DNA of 64,000 bases from Gomphosphaeria aponina SAG 52.96 = DSM 107014 (GCA_016903655.1 JADQBC010000001.1:13371-77370); one strand, 5' to 3'. Shown: positions 39,087-47,927, numbered from the stretch's first letter. Notes: generated by a model from the letters alone, not told the origin. Made by a program: numbers and translations.

Positions 39087-39651
39087 CTTGAGTTCTCTTA
39101 TCTTGCACTTGAGGATCTGCCACTTGACCAGACCAGAGAACATTATCGATCGCGATCAAGCCACCTGGACGCACCAATAAAAGCGATCGCTCATAATAGT
39201 TCTCATAGTTACTTTTATCAGCATCAATAAAAGCAAAATCAAAAGTCCCAGCCTCTCCTTTTTGCAGTAGCAGCTCCAAAGTTGCCAAAGCTGGAGCAAG
39301 ATGGAGGTCAATTTTCTCAGCTACTCCCCCTTGCTCCCAGTATCTACGCGCAATATTGGTGTACCGTTCATCAACATCACAAGCAATTATCTTCCCTTCT
39401 GGGGGCAGTGCCAATGCTACTACAAGAGAGCTATAACCTGTAAATACCCCCACTTCCAGAGTTTTTTTTGCCCCCAATAATTGCACCAGCAATGCCATAA
39501 ACTGACCTTGTTCTGGGGCTATTTGCATTCTTCCCATTGGCAGTTGGCTAGTTTCTGCCCGCAGTTTCCTTAATATTTCTGGTTCCCGCACAGAAACTGA
39601 GAGTAAATATTCGTAAAGCTGGCTGCTCAATCCTAGAGTTTGGTTTGTCAT
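38986..39651 (-). CDS. Cation-dependent class I SAM O-methyltransferase (Methyltransf_3 / CCoAOMT-like)
   Basis: 221 aa with LEVGVFTGYS (SAM motif I) and the metal/substrate motifs FIDADK and DNVLW. Confidence 0.85.
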   Translation of the reverse strand: MTNQTLGLSSQLYEYLLSVSVREPEILRKLRAETSQLPMGRMQIAPEQGQFMALLVQLLGAKKTLEVGVFTGYSSLVVALALPPEGKIIACDVDERYTNIARRYWEQGGVAEKIDLHLAPALATLELLLQKGEAGTFDFAFIDADKSNYENYYERSLLLVRPGGLIAIDNVLWSGQVADPQVQDKRTQAIRSLNQKIHQDDRVTHALVPIADGLTLVLKRF

Positions 39652-39717
39652 TTTTTCCCTTTAAATTCAACAATTTGCGCCCAGCTCGAAACCTTGGCAT
39701 ATATCTCTGGTTTTTGC

Positions 39718-40746
39718 TCAACTATCCCCACCGAAACCTTTTGGTTTTTTTGTCGGCGGTTTTCTTTTAGGTTTCTCTTTCTCTATTTTTTCTGCAACAG
39801 GTTGATTTACTGGCTGCTCTGAGGATGAATTTTTCTCTTTTTTCTGCTCTAACTCAGGCTCTACAGTTGCTGTTGCTGAAGTTAGGTCATTCTTTTTCTC
39901 TTCTTTCAATTCAGCTTTTCCAGTTGTTTTTGTTGAAGTCAGGTCATTTATTTGGCTTTCCAATGTATAAACTTTCTCTTTCTCTTGCTTCAACTCAGCA
40001 TTCACCTCATTTACCTCTGTCTCCAAAGCTGAAATTTTCCCTTTCTCCGCCTTCAACTCGGCTTCTACACTTGCTTTTCCTGTACTCAGCTCATTTACCT
40101 CTGTCTCCAAAGCTGAAATTTTCCCTTTCTCCGCCTTCAACTCGGCTTCTACATTGGCTTTTGCTGTATTCAGCTCATTTATTTGGCTTTCTACATTGGC
40201 TTTTGCTATATTCAGCTCATTTACCTCTGTCTCCAAAGCTGAAATTTTCCCTTTTTCCGCCTGTAACTCGGCTTCTACATTGGCTTTTGCTGTATTCAGC
40301 TCATTTACCTCTGTCTCCAAAGCTGAAATTTTCCCTTTCTCCGCCTGTAACTCTACTTCTACAGTTGCTTTTGCTGTACTCAGCTCATTTATTTGGCTTT
40401 CCAGAGTTGCTTTTGCTGTACTCAGCTCATTTATTTGTGTTTCCCAAGCTGAAATTTTCCCTTTTTCCTGCTGTAACTCGGCTTCTACAGTTGCTTTTGC
40501 TGTACTCAGCTCATTGAGCTGTGTTTTCAAAGAGGTTATTTTTCCTTTTTCTTCCTGTAACACTGTTTCTACAGTTGTTTTCGCTAAAGTCAGTTGATTT
40601 ACTTGTGTTTCCAGGGTAGAATTTTTCCCTTTTTCTTCCTGTAAATTTTTATTTTGCCGCTTCTGCTTGATAATTTGTGCAGAGGATATTAAACCCGCAA
40701 GCAAAATTATCACAATTAAACTCAGTTGATTATCCATATATATCAT
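39718..40746 (-). CDS. Membrane-anchored coiled-coil protein built from 28-aa tandem repeats
   Basis: N-terminal TM segment (LSLIVIILLAGLISS), about 9 repeats of EKGKISALETEVNELNTAKANVEAELQA with 14-aa half-unit insertions, and a basic KPKRKPPTKKPKGFGG tail. Confidence 0.75.
   Translation of the reverse strand: MIYMDNQLSLIVIILLAGLISSAQIIKQKRQNKNLQEEKGKNSTLETQVNQLTLAKTTVETVLQEEKGKITSLKTQLNELSTAKATVEAELQQEKGKISAWETQINELSTAKATLESQINELSTAKATVEVELQAEKGKISALETEVNELNTAKANVEAELQAEKGKISALETEVNELNIAKANVESQINELNTAKANVEAELKAEKGKISALETEVNELSTGKASVEAELKAEKGKISALETEVNEVNAELKQEKEKVYTLESQINDLTSTKTTGKAELKEEKKNDLTSATATVEPELEQKKEKNSSSEQPVNQPVAEKIEKEKPKRKPPTKKPKGFGGDS
39960..40620. repeat. 84-bp tandem DNA repeats (with 42-bp half-unit insertions) inside the coiled-coil gene
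   Basis: The marker CTCCAAAGCTGAAATTTTCC recurs at 40021, 40105, 40231 and 40315, with a variant at 40441. The spacings are 84, 126, 84 and 126 nt. Confidence 0.85.
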
Positions 40747-41367
40747 ATCTCCCGATCAAGTATCTTTTTTGCTATCTTTAGTGAGCTAACACCTTTTTCT
40801 GAACCCTAATCTCATGTTTTTCTCTTACAAACTGATTTATGTTGATTTTTTTTCCTTATTTAAAAAATTTTCTATATTTTTCAAAAAAGTACTTATTAAT
40901 CAAGGACAAAATAGAGAAAGTGCCTAATTTATTTCTTAGTCGCAATTGAGCCACTGTCAAAGGCGGACAAAGCTGGTGATAAGGAGACAAGAGGAGCGAT
41001 ATTTTTAGGGTATAGCAATCGCCCTGAAAGTAAGTACAGAGACAAAAGCGATCGCCCATTGTCTTCAATGCAGAGCTGTTTCATGCTGATGTTGAAACTG
41101 GGGTGTTGATTTTAGGGTGATATAGCAACAAATAAATTCACCCCAATTTTCTCACAGATTCATATCCTCAAGATGAAGAGTCTGCGTGAATTTGACAAAA
41201 ATGTTTTAATGATGGTGATTATCAACTAATTTGACCAACCGATATAAACGATAGGGGATGAATGATGCGCTAGTCTAATTTATTAAACACAAATTAACAA
41301 TCTGTAACGTTTTGCCAAAAGCCTGATTCTGTTTGCTTAATCTGATTTGGAGATTTTTAAAGTCGTA

Positions 41368-41790
41368 ATGGATAACACAAATTCACGTAATCTTGTTGAA
41401 ACAATATCTGACTGCTCTGTCTTTCTTTATGAAGTAATCAACCTGCCCCAGAAAGACAAGCTCAAAAGCGATCGCACTGCCAGAGTTTTGCTCAAAGTTC
41501 CCAAAAACCGCATGAGCACAGAAATGCGTCGCATTACTCGTCTTGGTGGCACTATAGTTAGTATTCGACCACTGAATGAAGTTAATGGTAAAGTTAATCA
41601 GCAATTACCTTGGTGGATAGAAATCTTAACCACCAAACCTCGATGTATTTATTATTTTGGCCCCTTTGACACTGAGGTGGAAGCTCAAGCTTACCAAACT
41701 GGCTATATTCAAGATCTCCAAGAGGAAGGCTCTGAAGGTATTACCATACAAATTAAACAATGTCAACCTACTGATTTGACTATTTTTTAG
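41368..41790 (+). CDS. CpcD-like phycobilisome linker domain fused to DUF1816
   Basis: The N-terminal half VFLYEV...VLLKVPKNRMSTEMRRITRLGGTIVSIRP closely parallels CpcD (VFVYEV...VFIKVPYARMNDEMRRISRLGGTIVNIRP). The C-terminal half WWIEILTTKPRCIYYFGPFDTEVEAQAYQTGYIQDLQEEG...IKQCQP is DUF1816-like. Confidence 0.8.
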   Translation: MDNTNSRNLVETISDCSVFLYEVINLPQKDKLKSDRTARVLLKVPKNRMSTEMRRITRLGGTIVSIRPLNEVNGKVNQQLPWWIEILTTKPRCIYYFGPFDTEVEAQAYQTGYIQDLQEEGSEGITIQIKQCQPTDLTIF

Positions 41791-41883
41791 TAGTCATTAA
41801 TCATTAGTCCTATGTAGGGGTTTGGTCACCAAACCCTTTGTAATTTATATTTATTGTCTTTAACTATTACTTGCTCAGGTTAA

Positions 41884-42020
41884 AATTTGATTTTTTTTAA
41901 TTATTTAAAATTTCGGCTCAGAACAGAGTTTTAATTTCTTCCAAATATTTAGTATTATATTTTTTATCAAAAAACTTTGATAATCTCATTATAAGTTCTC
42001 TTACCATCATTTTCATTACA
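41884..42020. repeat. Bipartite intergenic repeat, copy 3 (diverged)
   Basis: Box A' AATTTGATTTTTTTTAATTATTTAAAAT matches at 24/28 positions. Box B' is TGATAATCTCATTATAAGTTCTC...ATCATTTTCATTACA. Confidence 0.6.
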
Positions 42021-42120
42021 GGATAATTACTCAAAATAGGGGCTAGATCACCAACCCCCCACTGTATTAAAGAGGAGTTTCATATTTATACTCCTCCAGT
42101 AACTACACAATTTGCTATTT

Positions 42121-42288
42121 TCAAGCATTTTTCAGCAGTTGCTTTACCAAATTATCTTTGACCATCATCTGCTGAAACATTTGCATCAAGTATTCTTGTG
42201 CTTGCTCTTTTGTCAAACTTTTGACTTGTTCTTGTAAGACTTGCAACTTGAATTGTTGTTCTAAGCTGAGATTTACTGGTGTTTCCAT
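42121..42288 (-). CDS. nblA: Phycobilisome degradation protein NblA (55 aa)
   Basis: Not in the ORF track. Hand translation gives METPVNLSLEQQFKLQVLQEQVKSLTKEQAQEYLMQMFQQMMVKDNLVKQLLKNA, which fits the NblA consensus (LSLEQxF...QV...EQA...L...QMM...LLK). An AAGGAG Shine-Dalgarno sequence lies upstream. Confidence 0.9.
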   Translation of the reverse strand: METPVNLSLEQQFKLQVLQEQVKSLTKEQAQEYLMQMFQQMMVKDNLVKQLLKNA

Positions 42289-42551
42289 AATTAACACTCC
42301 TTATCACGGGGACTAGAGTAAATATGCTCTCGGTCTTGTTTGCATTTTTTCTAATCTAGCTCATGGATAATAAAATGTCAACCTTGTCAAGCAATAATTA
42401 ATTAAAGTAACAAAAATTTACAGAACTTTAAGTATCGTTACCAAAGAGAGAGACCAGGAAAACAGAAGCAGATAGGATAGTTGATGAAAAGTAATTTTTC
42501 AGGGAAAATATTGCTCAAAAAAGTATTTAAAAGCACAAAAGGAGATTAAAA

Positions 42552-43145
42552 GTGGACGCAATGGAATTTTTTCAGCGCAGTGAAGGAAAATGGCGCTCGC
42601 AGCGAACAACTCATCATCTTCCTTTTCGCCGTGCAGAAACGGGAGAAAGTGATATTCTGGTACAAGCTCTCACAGCAGAAGATCCCAAAATCATCGAAAT
42701 TTGCCAAATGCACGCTGTTGAGCCAAAATTAGCTGTAGGTGGGGCGTTTGTTAGCTGGGATGGTTCAATGGCTTGGGATAAAGAAGATGAAAATCACGCG
42801 GGAACGACAGTATTTGCTCTTGTACCAGAGCCAGATAATCCCAGGAAAGGTAAATTACTGCGGGAGAGAGGCTATGCAGAAATTGTGCCAGTAGCAGGTG
42901 ATTATCATCTAGATGAGGAAGATGGTCTAGTGCTAATTACAGAGTATGAAACAATGAGTATTGTGGAGCGTTTCTGGTTTGCTAGTCCGATTCTGCGAAT
43001 GCGGACAAGCATTGTCAAACGTTTTGGTGGCTTGAGTACAGCTACATTTTGTGCGGAAATGCGTATTGACGATGACAAAAATAATTCAAAAGCCCCAAAG
43101 AGTGAACAGAAAACCCTAACAGCTTACTCCCTAAGTGGTTGGTAA
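42552..43145 (+). CDS. cpcS: Phycobiliprotein chromophore lyase, CpcS/CpeS family
   Basis: FFQRSEGKWRSQRTTHHL, GKLLRERGYAE, LITEYETMSIVERFWFASPILRMRTSIVKRFGG. GTG start. Confidence 0.85.
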   Translation: MDAMEFFQRSEGKWRSQRTTHHLPFRRAETGESDILVQALTAEDPKIIEICQMHAVEPKLAVGGAFVSWDGSMAWDKEDENHAGTTVFALVPEPDNPRKGKLLRERGYAEIVPVAGDYHLDEEDGLVLITEYETMSIVERFWFASPILRMRTSIVKRFGGLSTATFCAEMRIDDDKNNSKAPKSEQKTLTAYSLSGW

Positions 43146-43294
43146 ATTAAACACCAGGACATGGTAACTGTCCTGGTAAATCAGCTCAGAAAGAAATTCT
43201 AAGATTTAATAAGATTTATGAGAGAAGCCCCCCTCCTCCTTTATGATCAAGAATAAACATTGAAAGATAAGTTAAAATTGCGGAGGTTAATACA

Positions 43295-44044
43295 TTGGCT
43301 ATTCCTTTATTAAGTTACGCTCCCAAGAGCCAAAACGAGAGGGTGTCAGGATACGAAGTGGCAGGTGATGAGCAGCCGAGGATTTACTCCACAGAAAGTT
43401 TGTTCGACTCTTCTGAAATGGATGAATTAATCGAAGCTGCCTATCGTCAGATATTTTTCTATGCCTTTAAGTGGGATCGTGAACCATTCCTCGAATCACA
43501 ACTGCGCAATGGCACAATTACGGTGCGGGACTTCATTCGTGGACTGTTGCTGTCTAAAACTTACAAAAACAGTTTCTATGAGAAAAACAGCAATTACCGT
43601 TTTGTGGAACATTGTGTGCAACGGGTGCTAGGACGGGATGTCTATAGCGATCGCGAAAAAATCGCTTGGTCGATTGTGGTTGCTACCAAAGGCATCCAGG
43701 GCTTTGTTGAGCAGCTACTCAATAGCGAAGAATACATGGAGAACTTTGGGGATGATATAGTTCCCTATCAGCGGCGACGGATATTACCAGGCCGTGTAGT
43801 AGGGGATCTTCCTTTTAATATCAAATCTCCTCGTTACGATGGCTACCACCGCGCACAACTTGGTTTCCCACAAATTGTTTGGCAAAACCAGGTGCGTCGT
43901 TTTATTCCCCAAGAAAAACAAGCAAAAGCTGGGGATCCATCTCAATTCCTGAGTATGGCAAGGGGGATTAATGCTAAAGGCAACCCAGTACCAAGGGTTT
44001 CAGCTATGAATATTAGCCTCGATTTGGTACCTTATCGTAAATAA
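43295..44044 (+). CDS. cpcG: Phycobilisome rod-core linker polypeptide
   Basis: 249 aa beginning (M)[21 protein letters not shown] with a PBS-linker domain (AAYRQIF...[18 protein letters not shown]). Apparent TTG start. Confidence 0.9.
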   Translation: MAIPLLSYAPKSQNERVSGYEVAGDEQPRIYSTESLFDSSEMDELIEAAYRQIFFYAFKWDREPFLESQLRNGTITVRDFIRGLLLSKTYKNSFYEKNSNYRFVEHCVQRVLGRDVYSDREKIAWSIVVATKGIQGFVEQLLNSEEYMENFGDDIVPYQRRRILPGRVVGDLPFNIKSPRYDGYHRAQLGFPQIVWQNQVRRFIPQEKQAKAGDPSQFLSMARGINAKGNPVPRVSAMNISLDLVPYRK

Positions 44045-44054
44045 GATAGTTATT

Positions 44055-44133
44055 GTTGATGGTTGATGGTTGGTGGTTGGTGGTTGGTGGTTGATAGCCA
44101 TGAACGATGAACGATGAACGATTAACCATCAAC
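44055..44133. repeat. STRR-like heptamer array related to 9874-10078
   Basis: (GTTGATG)x2 (GTTGGTG)x3 GTTGATA GCCATGAAC (GATGAAC)x2 GATTAAC CATCAAC. The core GATAGCCATGAAC resembles GATAGTCGGCTATGAAC at 9926. Confidence 0.75.
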
Positions 44134-45070
44134 AATGAACTATTCTGAGTTTGTGTAAAAGCTTGAGAAAGTGTGGTGGGAGAGGGGCGATCGCTTCAAT
44201 TATTTCTCCTGATACTGGATGGTTAAGGGTTAATTTATGTGCATGGAGAACTTGACCTGGTAAATTTACTCCCAGACTCCCTCCAGAACTATAAACAGGA
44301 TCAGCGACGATGGGATGACCAATATAACTACTATGAACCCTTATTTGATGGGTGCGTCCTGTTTCTAAACGAAACTGCATGAGGGTGTACTTCCCCAATC
44401 TTTCCAAAATTTGCCAGTGGGTAACAGCAGCTCTTCCCCCCTTGGCTTGGGAAACTACTGCCATTTTCTGCCGCTCTACAGGATGACGACCAATGGGAAG
44501 ATCAATTTTCCCACTACTTTCAGCAGGAACACCATGAACTACGGCTAAATACTCTCGCTTGGCTGTTTTCGCTTTCAGTTGAGCTTGGAGATGTTGATGG
44601 GCTAATTCAGTTTTCGCTACGACTAAAGCACCGCTAGTATCTTTATCGAGTCGATGGACAATACCAGGACGGAGAATATCCCCAATCCCTGCCAAGTCAG
44701 CACAATGAAATAAGAGAGCGTGAACTAGAGTACCTGTTGCGTGACCTGGAGCAGGATGAACCACTAAACCTGGAGGTTTATTGATAATAATGAGAAATTC
44801 ATCCTCATAGAGAATATCTAGAGGTATGGGTTCTGGTTGTAAGTTTAACGGTTGGGGGGAAGGGATAGTCAAGTGGAGGCGATCGCCTTCCCGCACCGTT
44901 GTTTTTTTGGCAGTACATATTTGACCATTGAGTTTTACCTGTCCCTGTTCAATTAACTTAACGAGACGAGAACGGGAAATTGTGGGGAGTTGTTGGGCTA
45001 AACAGCGATCGATGCGTTCTCCCATCACAACTTCTATTGCTAGAACCTGAGCCAAAATAGGAACTGCCAT
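44129..45070 (-). CDS. rluD: RluA-family 23S rRNA pseudouridine synthase (RluD-like)
   Basis: S4 domain (RIDRCLAQQL...SRSRLVKLIEQGQVKLNG) and the catalytic motif HRLDKDTSG. Confidence 0.85.
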   Translation of the reverse strand: MAVPILAQVLAIEVVMGERIDRCLAQQLPTISRSRLVKLIEQGQVKLNGQICTAKKTTVREGDRLHLTIPSPQPLNLQPEPIPLDILYEDEFLIIINKPPGLVVHPAPGHATGTLVHALLFHCADLAGIGDILRPGIVHRLDKDTSGALVVAKTELAHQHLQAQLKAKTAKREYLAVVHGVPAESSGKIDLPIGRHPVERQKMAVVSQAKGGRAAVTHWQILERLGKYTLMQFRLETGRTHQIRVHSSYIGHPIVADPVYSSGGSLGVNLPGQVLHAHKLTLNHPVSGEIIEAIAPLPPHFLKLLHKLRIVHC

Positions 45071-45079
45071 TCAACTTAA

Positions 45080-46246
45080 CTAAGAAATAAAATCCAGTAT
45101 TACACTTGCCAATTCCTTTGGATGTGGCAAGTTTCGCTGCGGTGGCTGTTGACGTGCATCTGTAATCCAAAAATCTAGAGCTGCTTCTTTCACATCGATC
45201 GCCACGCCATTTTTATCCACACAATAACGACCAAACACCAATTTATCCACTAAACGCACCCCTGCACCTAAACGGGAATGTTCAAAAATCACACTGTTAT
45301 CCACTGTTGCCTCTTTACAAATCCAACAATTTGGGCCGATCATTGATGGGCCAATAATTTTCGCTCCATCTTCAATGTGAGTCATTGCACCAATATAAAC
45401 AGGGCCTTTGATATCTACCTTATCCCAGTTTACTGCGACATTAATCCCAGTATAAATTCCTGGAGCAATTTCCTGGCCTGGAATTTGGACATTTTTTATT
45501 TCTTTGGTCAATACACCCCTAATCGCCTGCCAGTAATCTGGAACTTTACCAATATCCACCCATTCAAAGTCCATATTTACTGCATAAAAAGGTTTGCCCA
45601 TTGCTACTAAATGAGGAAATAGCTCACTCCCAATATCATATTCTTGATTGGGGGGGATGAAATCGATCACTTCTGGTTCAAATATATAAATCCCTGTGTT
45701 GATCTGTGTACTCAAAGCTTCTTCTACAGCAGGTTTTTCTTGGAAAGATTTAATGCGGCATTCCTCATCCGTTACCACCACCCCATAACTCGAAACTGCT
45801 TCTTTTGGCACTGATTTAGTTACAATTGTGGCGATAGAACCTTTTTCCCTGTGCCATTTTACCACTGCACTTAAATCTAGATCAATCAGGGCATCTCCAC
45901 AAAGAACCACAAAAGTATCATCAAAAAATGGATTAAAGTCTTGGATGCGTCGCAGCCCCCCTGCAGATCCTAATGCTTTTCCTACTAATTGACCATCCAC
46001 AATACTGCCTTCAAAAGAATAGCCAATATTTACCCCAAAACGTTGACCATCACGGAAATAATTTTCAATCTCTTCTGCGAGATGGCTAACGTTGACCATA
46101 ATCTGGTCAAAACCATGTTTCCTTAATAGTTCTAACAAAAACTCCATCACTGGCTTTTGTAAAATCGGAATTAACGGTTTAGGAATTGTATAAGTAATCG
46201 GACGTACACGAGTTCCTTTCCCAGCCGCCAAAATCATTGCTTTCAT
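45080..46246 (-). CDS. Sugar-phosphate nucleotidyltransferase (NDP-sugar pyrophosphorylase) with left-handed beta-helix C-domain
   Basis: MKAMILAAGKGTRVRPIT...PKPLIPI. The start at 46246 is preferred over the track start at 46264. Confidence 0.8.
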   Translation of the reverse strand: MKAMILAAGKGTRVRPITYTIPKPLIPILQKPVMEFLLELLRKHGFDQIMVNVSHLAEEIENYFRDGQRFGVNIGYSFEGSIVDGQLVGKALGSAGGLRRIQDFNPFFDDTFVVLCGDALIDLDLSAVVKWHREKGSIATIVTKSVPKEAVSSYGVVVTDEECRIKSFQEKPAVEEALSTQINTGIYIFEPEVIDFIPPNQEYDIGSELFPHLVAMGKPFYAVNMDFEWVDIGKVPDYWQAIRGVLTKEIKNVQIPGQEIAPGIYTGINVAVNWDKVDIKGPVYIGAMTHIEDGAKIIGPSMIGPNCWICKEATVDNSVIFEHSRLGAGVRLVDKLVFGRYCVDKNGVAIDVKEAALDFWITDARQQPPQRNLPHPKELASVILDFIS

Positions 46247-46358
46247 GTATCTTACTTCCTCCACCCTTAATTGATTATCAGTGATCAGTTAATGACCAAT
46301 GAGTAATACATTTTTACCTGCACCATTCTGATTGTACCTATTTGAAGCCGCTAGTCAT

Positions 46359-47132
46359 CTATTCACTTATAGGTTTAATTTGCAAATCTTGGTAAAATTC
46401 TGATTGCCATAACTCTACCTTTGACTGAGCACAAAGCAATAATAGTCCCCAGAAAACTCCCACCTGATCGTGGGTTTGACCATTTACCTCCTGATGTTCT
46501 CCATTATTAGCATAAACAGCTCTTCTCCACCAATGTAGCAGTTCATCCAAGTCTATACAATCTTTTCCCCCTGCAATTGCGGGCCAATCTGATTTGAGAA
46601 ACTGCTCTAGAAGGGCAGCTACTTCGGTAAGGTTTTCATTGTGGGCTAGATCAGTAATTGTACGGGCTGTTTCTTTCCGTGATTGAGTTGGAGTGCGTCG
46701 CCGACGGGCTGGTGTTTGCGCCAACTCGGTGGCTATTTGCTCGATTTGCTCAATTAACTCTTTGAGGGTGACTCTGCGTCGGCGAATGGGTGGAGTACCT
46801 AAACGGCGACGTAAATTACGTTCTAAAAGCACTGGTAATTCACGGGGGGTTTCCGATGTGCTCGCTTCTTCTTCTAGTAAATACTCCTCTTCCTCCTCCT
46901 CTTCGATCAGTTCTAATGTATCCGCTTTGAGTAATACTAGCATGGAAGCCCATAAAAATACTTGTCCTGACTGGGGTAAGTCTGCTTCCTCTGGTGCAGT
47001 GTCACCTGTCAGTCCCAGTTCGCTCAAAAAGCGGTCAATTACTTCAATTACTTGCACATCCCAGGGATCAATTTCTCCCTGTTGCGCCATGTTAATTAAT
47101 ATGGCGATGGCATCTGCTGGGGTTCTACTCAA
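46359..47132 (-). CDS. scpA: Segregation and condensation protein A
   Basis: GEIDPWDVQVIEVIDRFL at the N-terminus, an acidic linker, and a winged-helix C-terminus. Confidence 0.85.
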   Translation of the reverse strand: MSRTPADAIAILINMAQQGEIDPWDVQVIEVIDRFLSELGLTGDTAPEEADLPQSGQVFLWASMLVLLKADTLELIEEEEEEEYLLEEEASTSETPRELPVLLERNLRRRLGTPPIRRRRVTLKELIEQIEQIATELAQTPARRRRTPTQSRKETARTITDLAHNENLTEVAALLEQFLKSDWPAIAGGKDCIDLDELLHWWRRAVYANNGEHQEVNGQTHDQVGVFWGLLLLCAQSKVELWQSEFYQDLQIKPISE

Positions 47133-47195
47133 TGTTTTTCTATTTGGTCATTGATCAATAATAATGGAGAATGGATAATAAATAATTGAATTGAG

Positions 47196-47834
47196 ATGAA
47201 TATTGCTGATTTGCGGCTAAATTACACTCGCTCTGGATTGAATGAAGCTGATGCCAATCTTAATCCTTTTATTCAGTTTAAAACTTGGTTTGAACAAGCA
47301 GTTTCAGCAGGAATACTAGAACCTAATGCGATGACTTTAGCTACTACTACCCCAGATGGTTTGCCTTCTGCGAGAATTGTACTACTCAAAGGTTTCGATG
47401 AACGGGGTTTTGTTTTTTATAGTAATTATCAAAGCAGCAAAGGTCAACAATTGCAAGCAAATCCTTTCTCAGCGCTGGTTTTTTGGTGGGGGGAGTTAGA
47501 ACGTCAAGTGCGCATTACAGGAAGAGTTGAGCAGGTTAGTCCAGGGGAGTCGGATGAGTATTTTCAGAGTCGCCCAAGAGGTTCTCAGTTAGGGGCGATC
47601 GCTTCTCCTCAAAGTCAGGTTATCTCCAGTCGGGAGGTACTCGAAGGAAGATTACAGGAACTAGAAGCTCAATATATTAACCAAGAAATCCCTCGTCCTT
47701 CCTCCTGGGGTGGTTTTCGGGTAATTCCTACTACTATTGAATTTTGGCAAGGTCGCCCCAATAGGTTACACGATCGCCTACTCTATCGCTTGGTTGATGA
47801 TGGTAGCTGGATGATAGAGCGTTTAGCTCCTTAA
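47196..47834 (+). CDS. pdxH: Pyridoxamine 5'-phosphate oxidase
   Basis: 212 aa with the RIVLLKGFDERGFVFYSNYQSSKG and IEFWQGRPNRLHDR motifs. Confidence 0.95.
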   Translation: MNIADLRLNYTRSGLNEADANLNPFIQFKTWFEQAVSAGILEPNAMTLATTTPDGLPSARIVLLKGFDERGFVFYSNYQSSKGQQLQANPFSALVFWWGELERQVRITGRVEQVSPGESDEYFQSRPRGSQLGAIASPQSQVISSREVLEGRLQELEAQYINQEIPRPSSWGGFRVIPTTIEFWQGRPNRLHDRLLYRLVDDGSWMIERLAP

Positions 47835-47927
47835 ATCAGAGTGACTAACACCCCGAAAACCCATAACCAATAACTAAACTGTGTGGTAATATAGTTAAAG
47901 AAACCAATTTTTTTGACCTAATTGATT

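Noticed and set aside
39825-40597. Two long + strand ORFs (230 and 147 aa) opposite the coiled-coil gene
   Set aside because: They are artefacts of the 84-bp tandem repeat lacking stops on the opposite strand. The translations are monotonous Leu/Ser/Phe repeats.
33767-42020. Integrated genomic island bounded by the bipartite repeats at tRNA-Ala
   Set aside because: No integrase, transposase or other mobility gene lies between the copies. The repeats do not include part of the tRNA, and the gene content is heterogeneous.
42407-42421. NtcA-like site GTAACAAAAATTTAC upstream of nblA
   Set aside because: On careful counting the spacing is GTA-N9-TAC, not the canonical GTA-N8-TAC. It should not be called without experimental support.
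46693-47154. 153-aa + ORF antisense to scpA
   Set aside because: The translation is Arg/Ser-rich and of low complexity, caused by the acidic (GAA/GAG-rich) stretch of scpA on the other strand.
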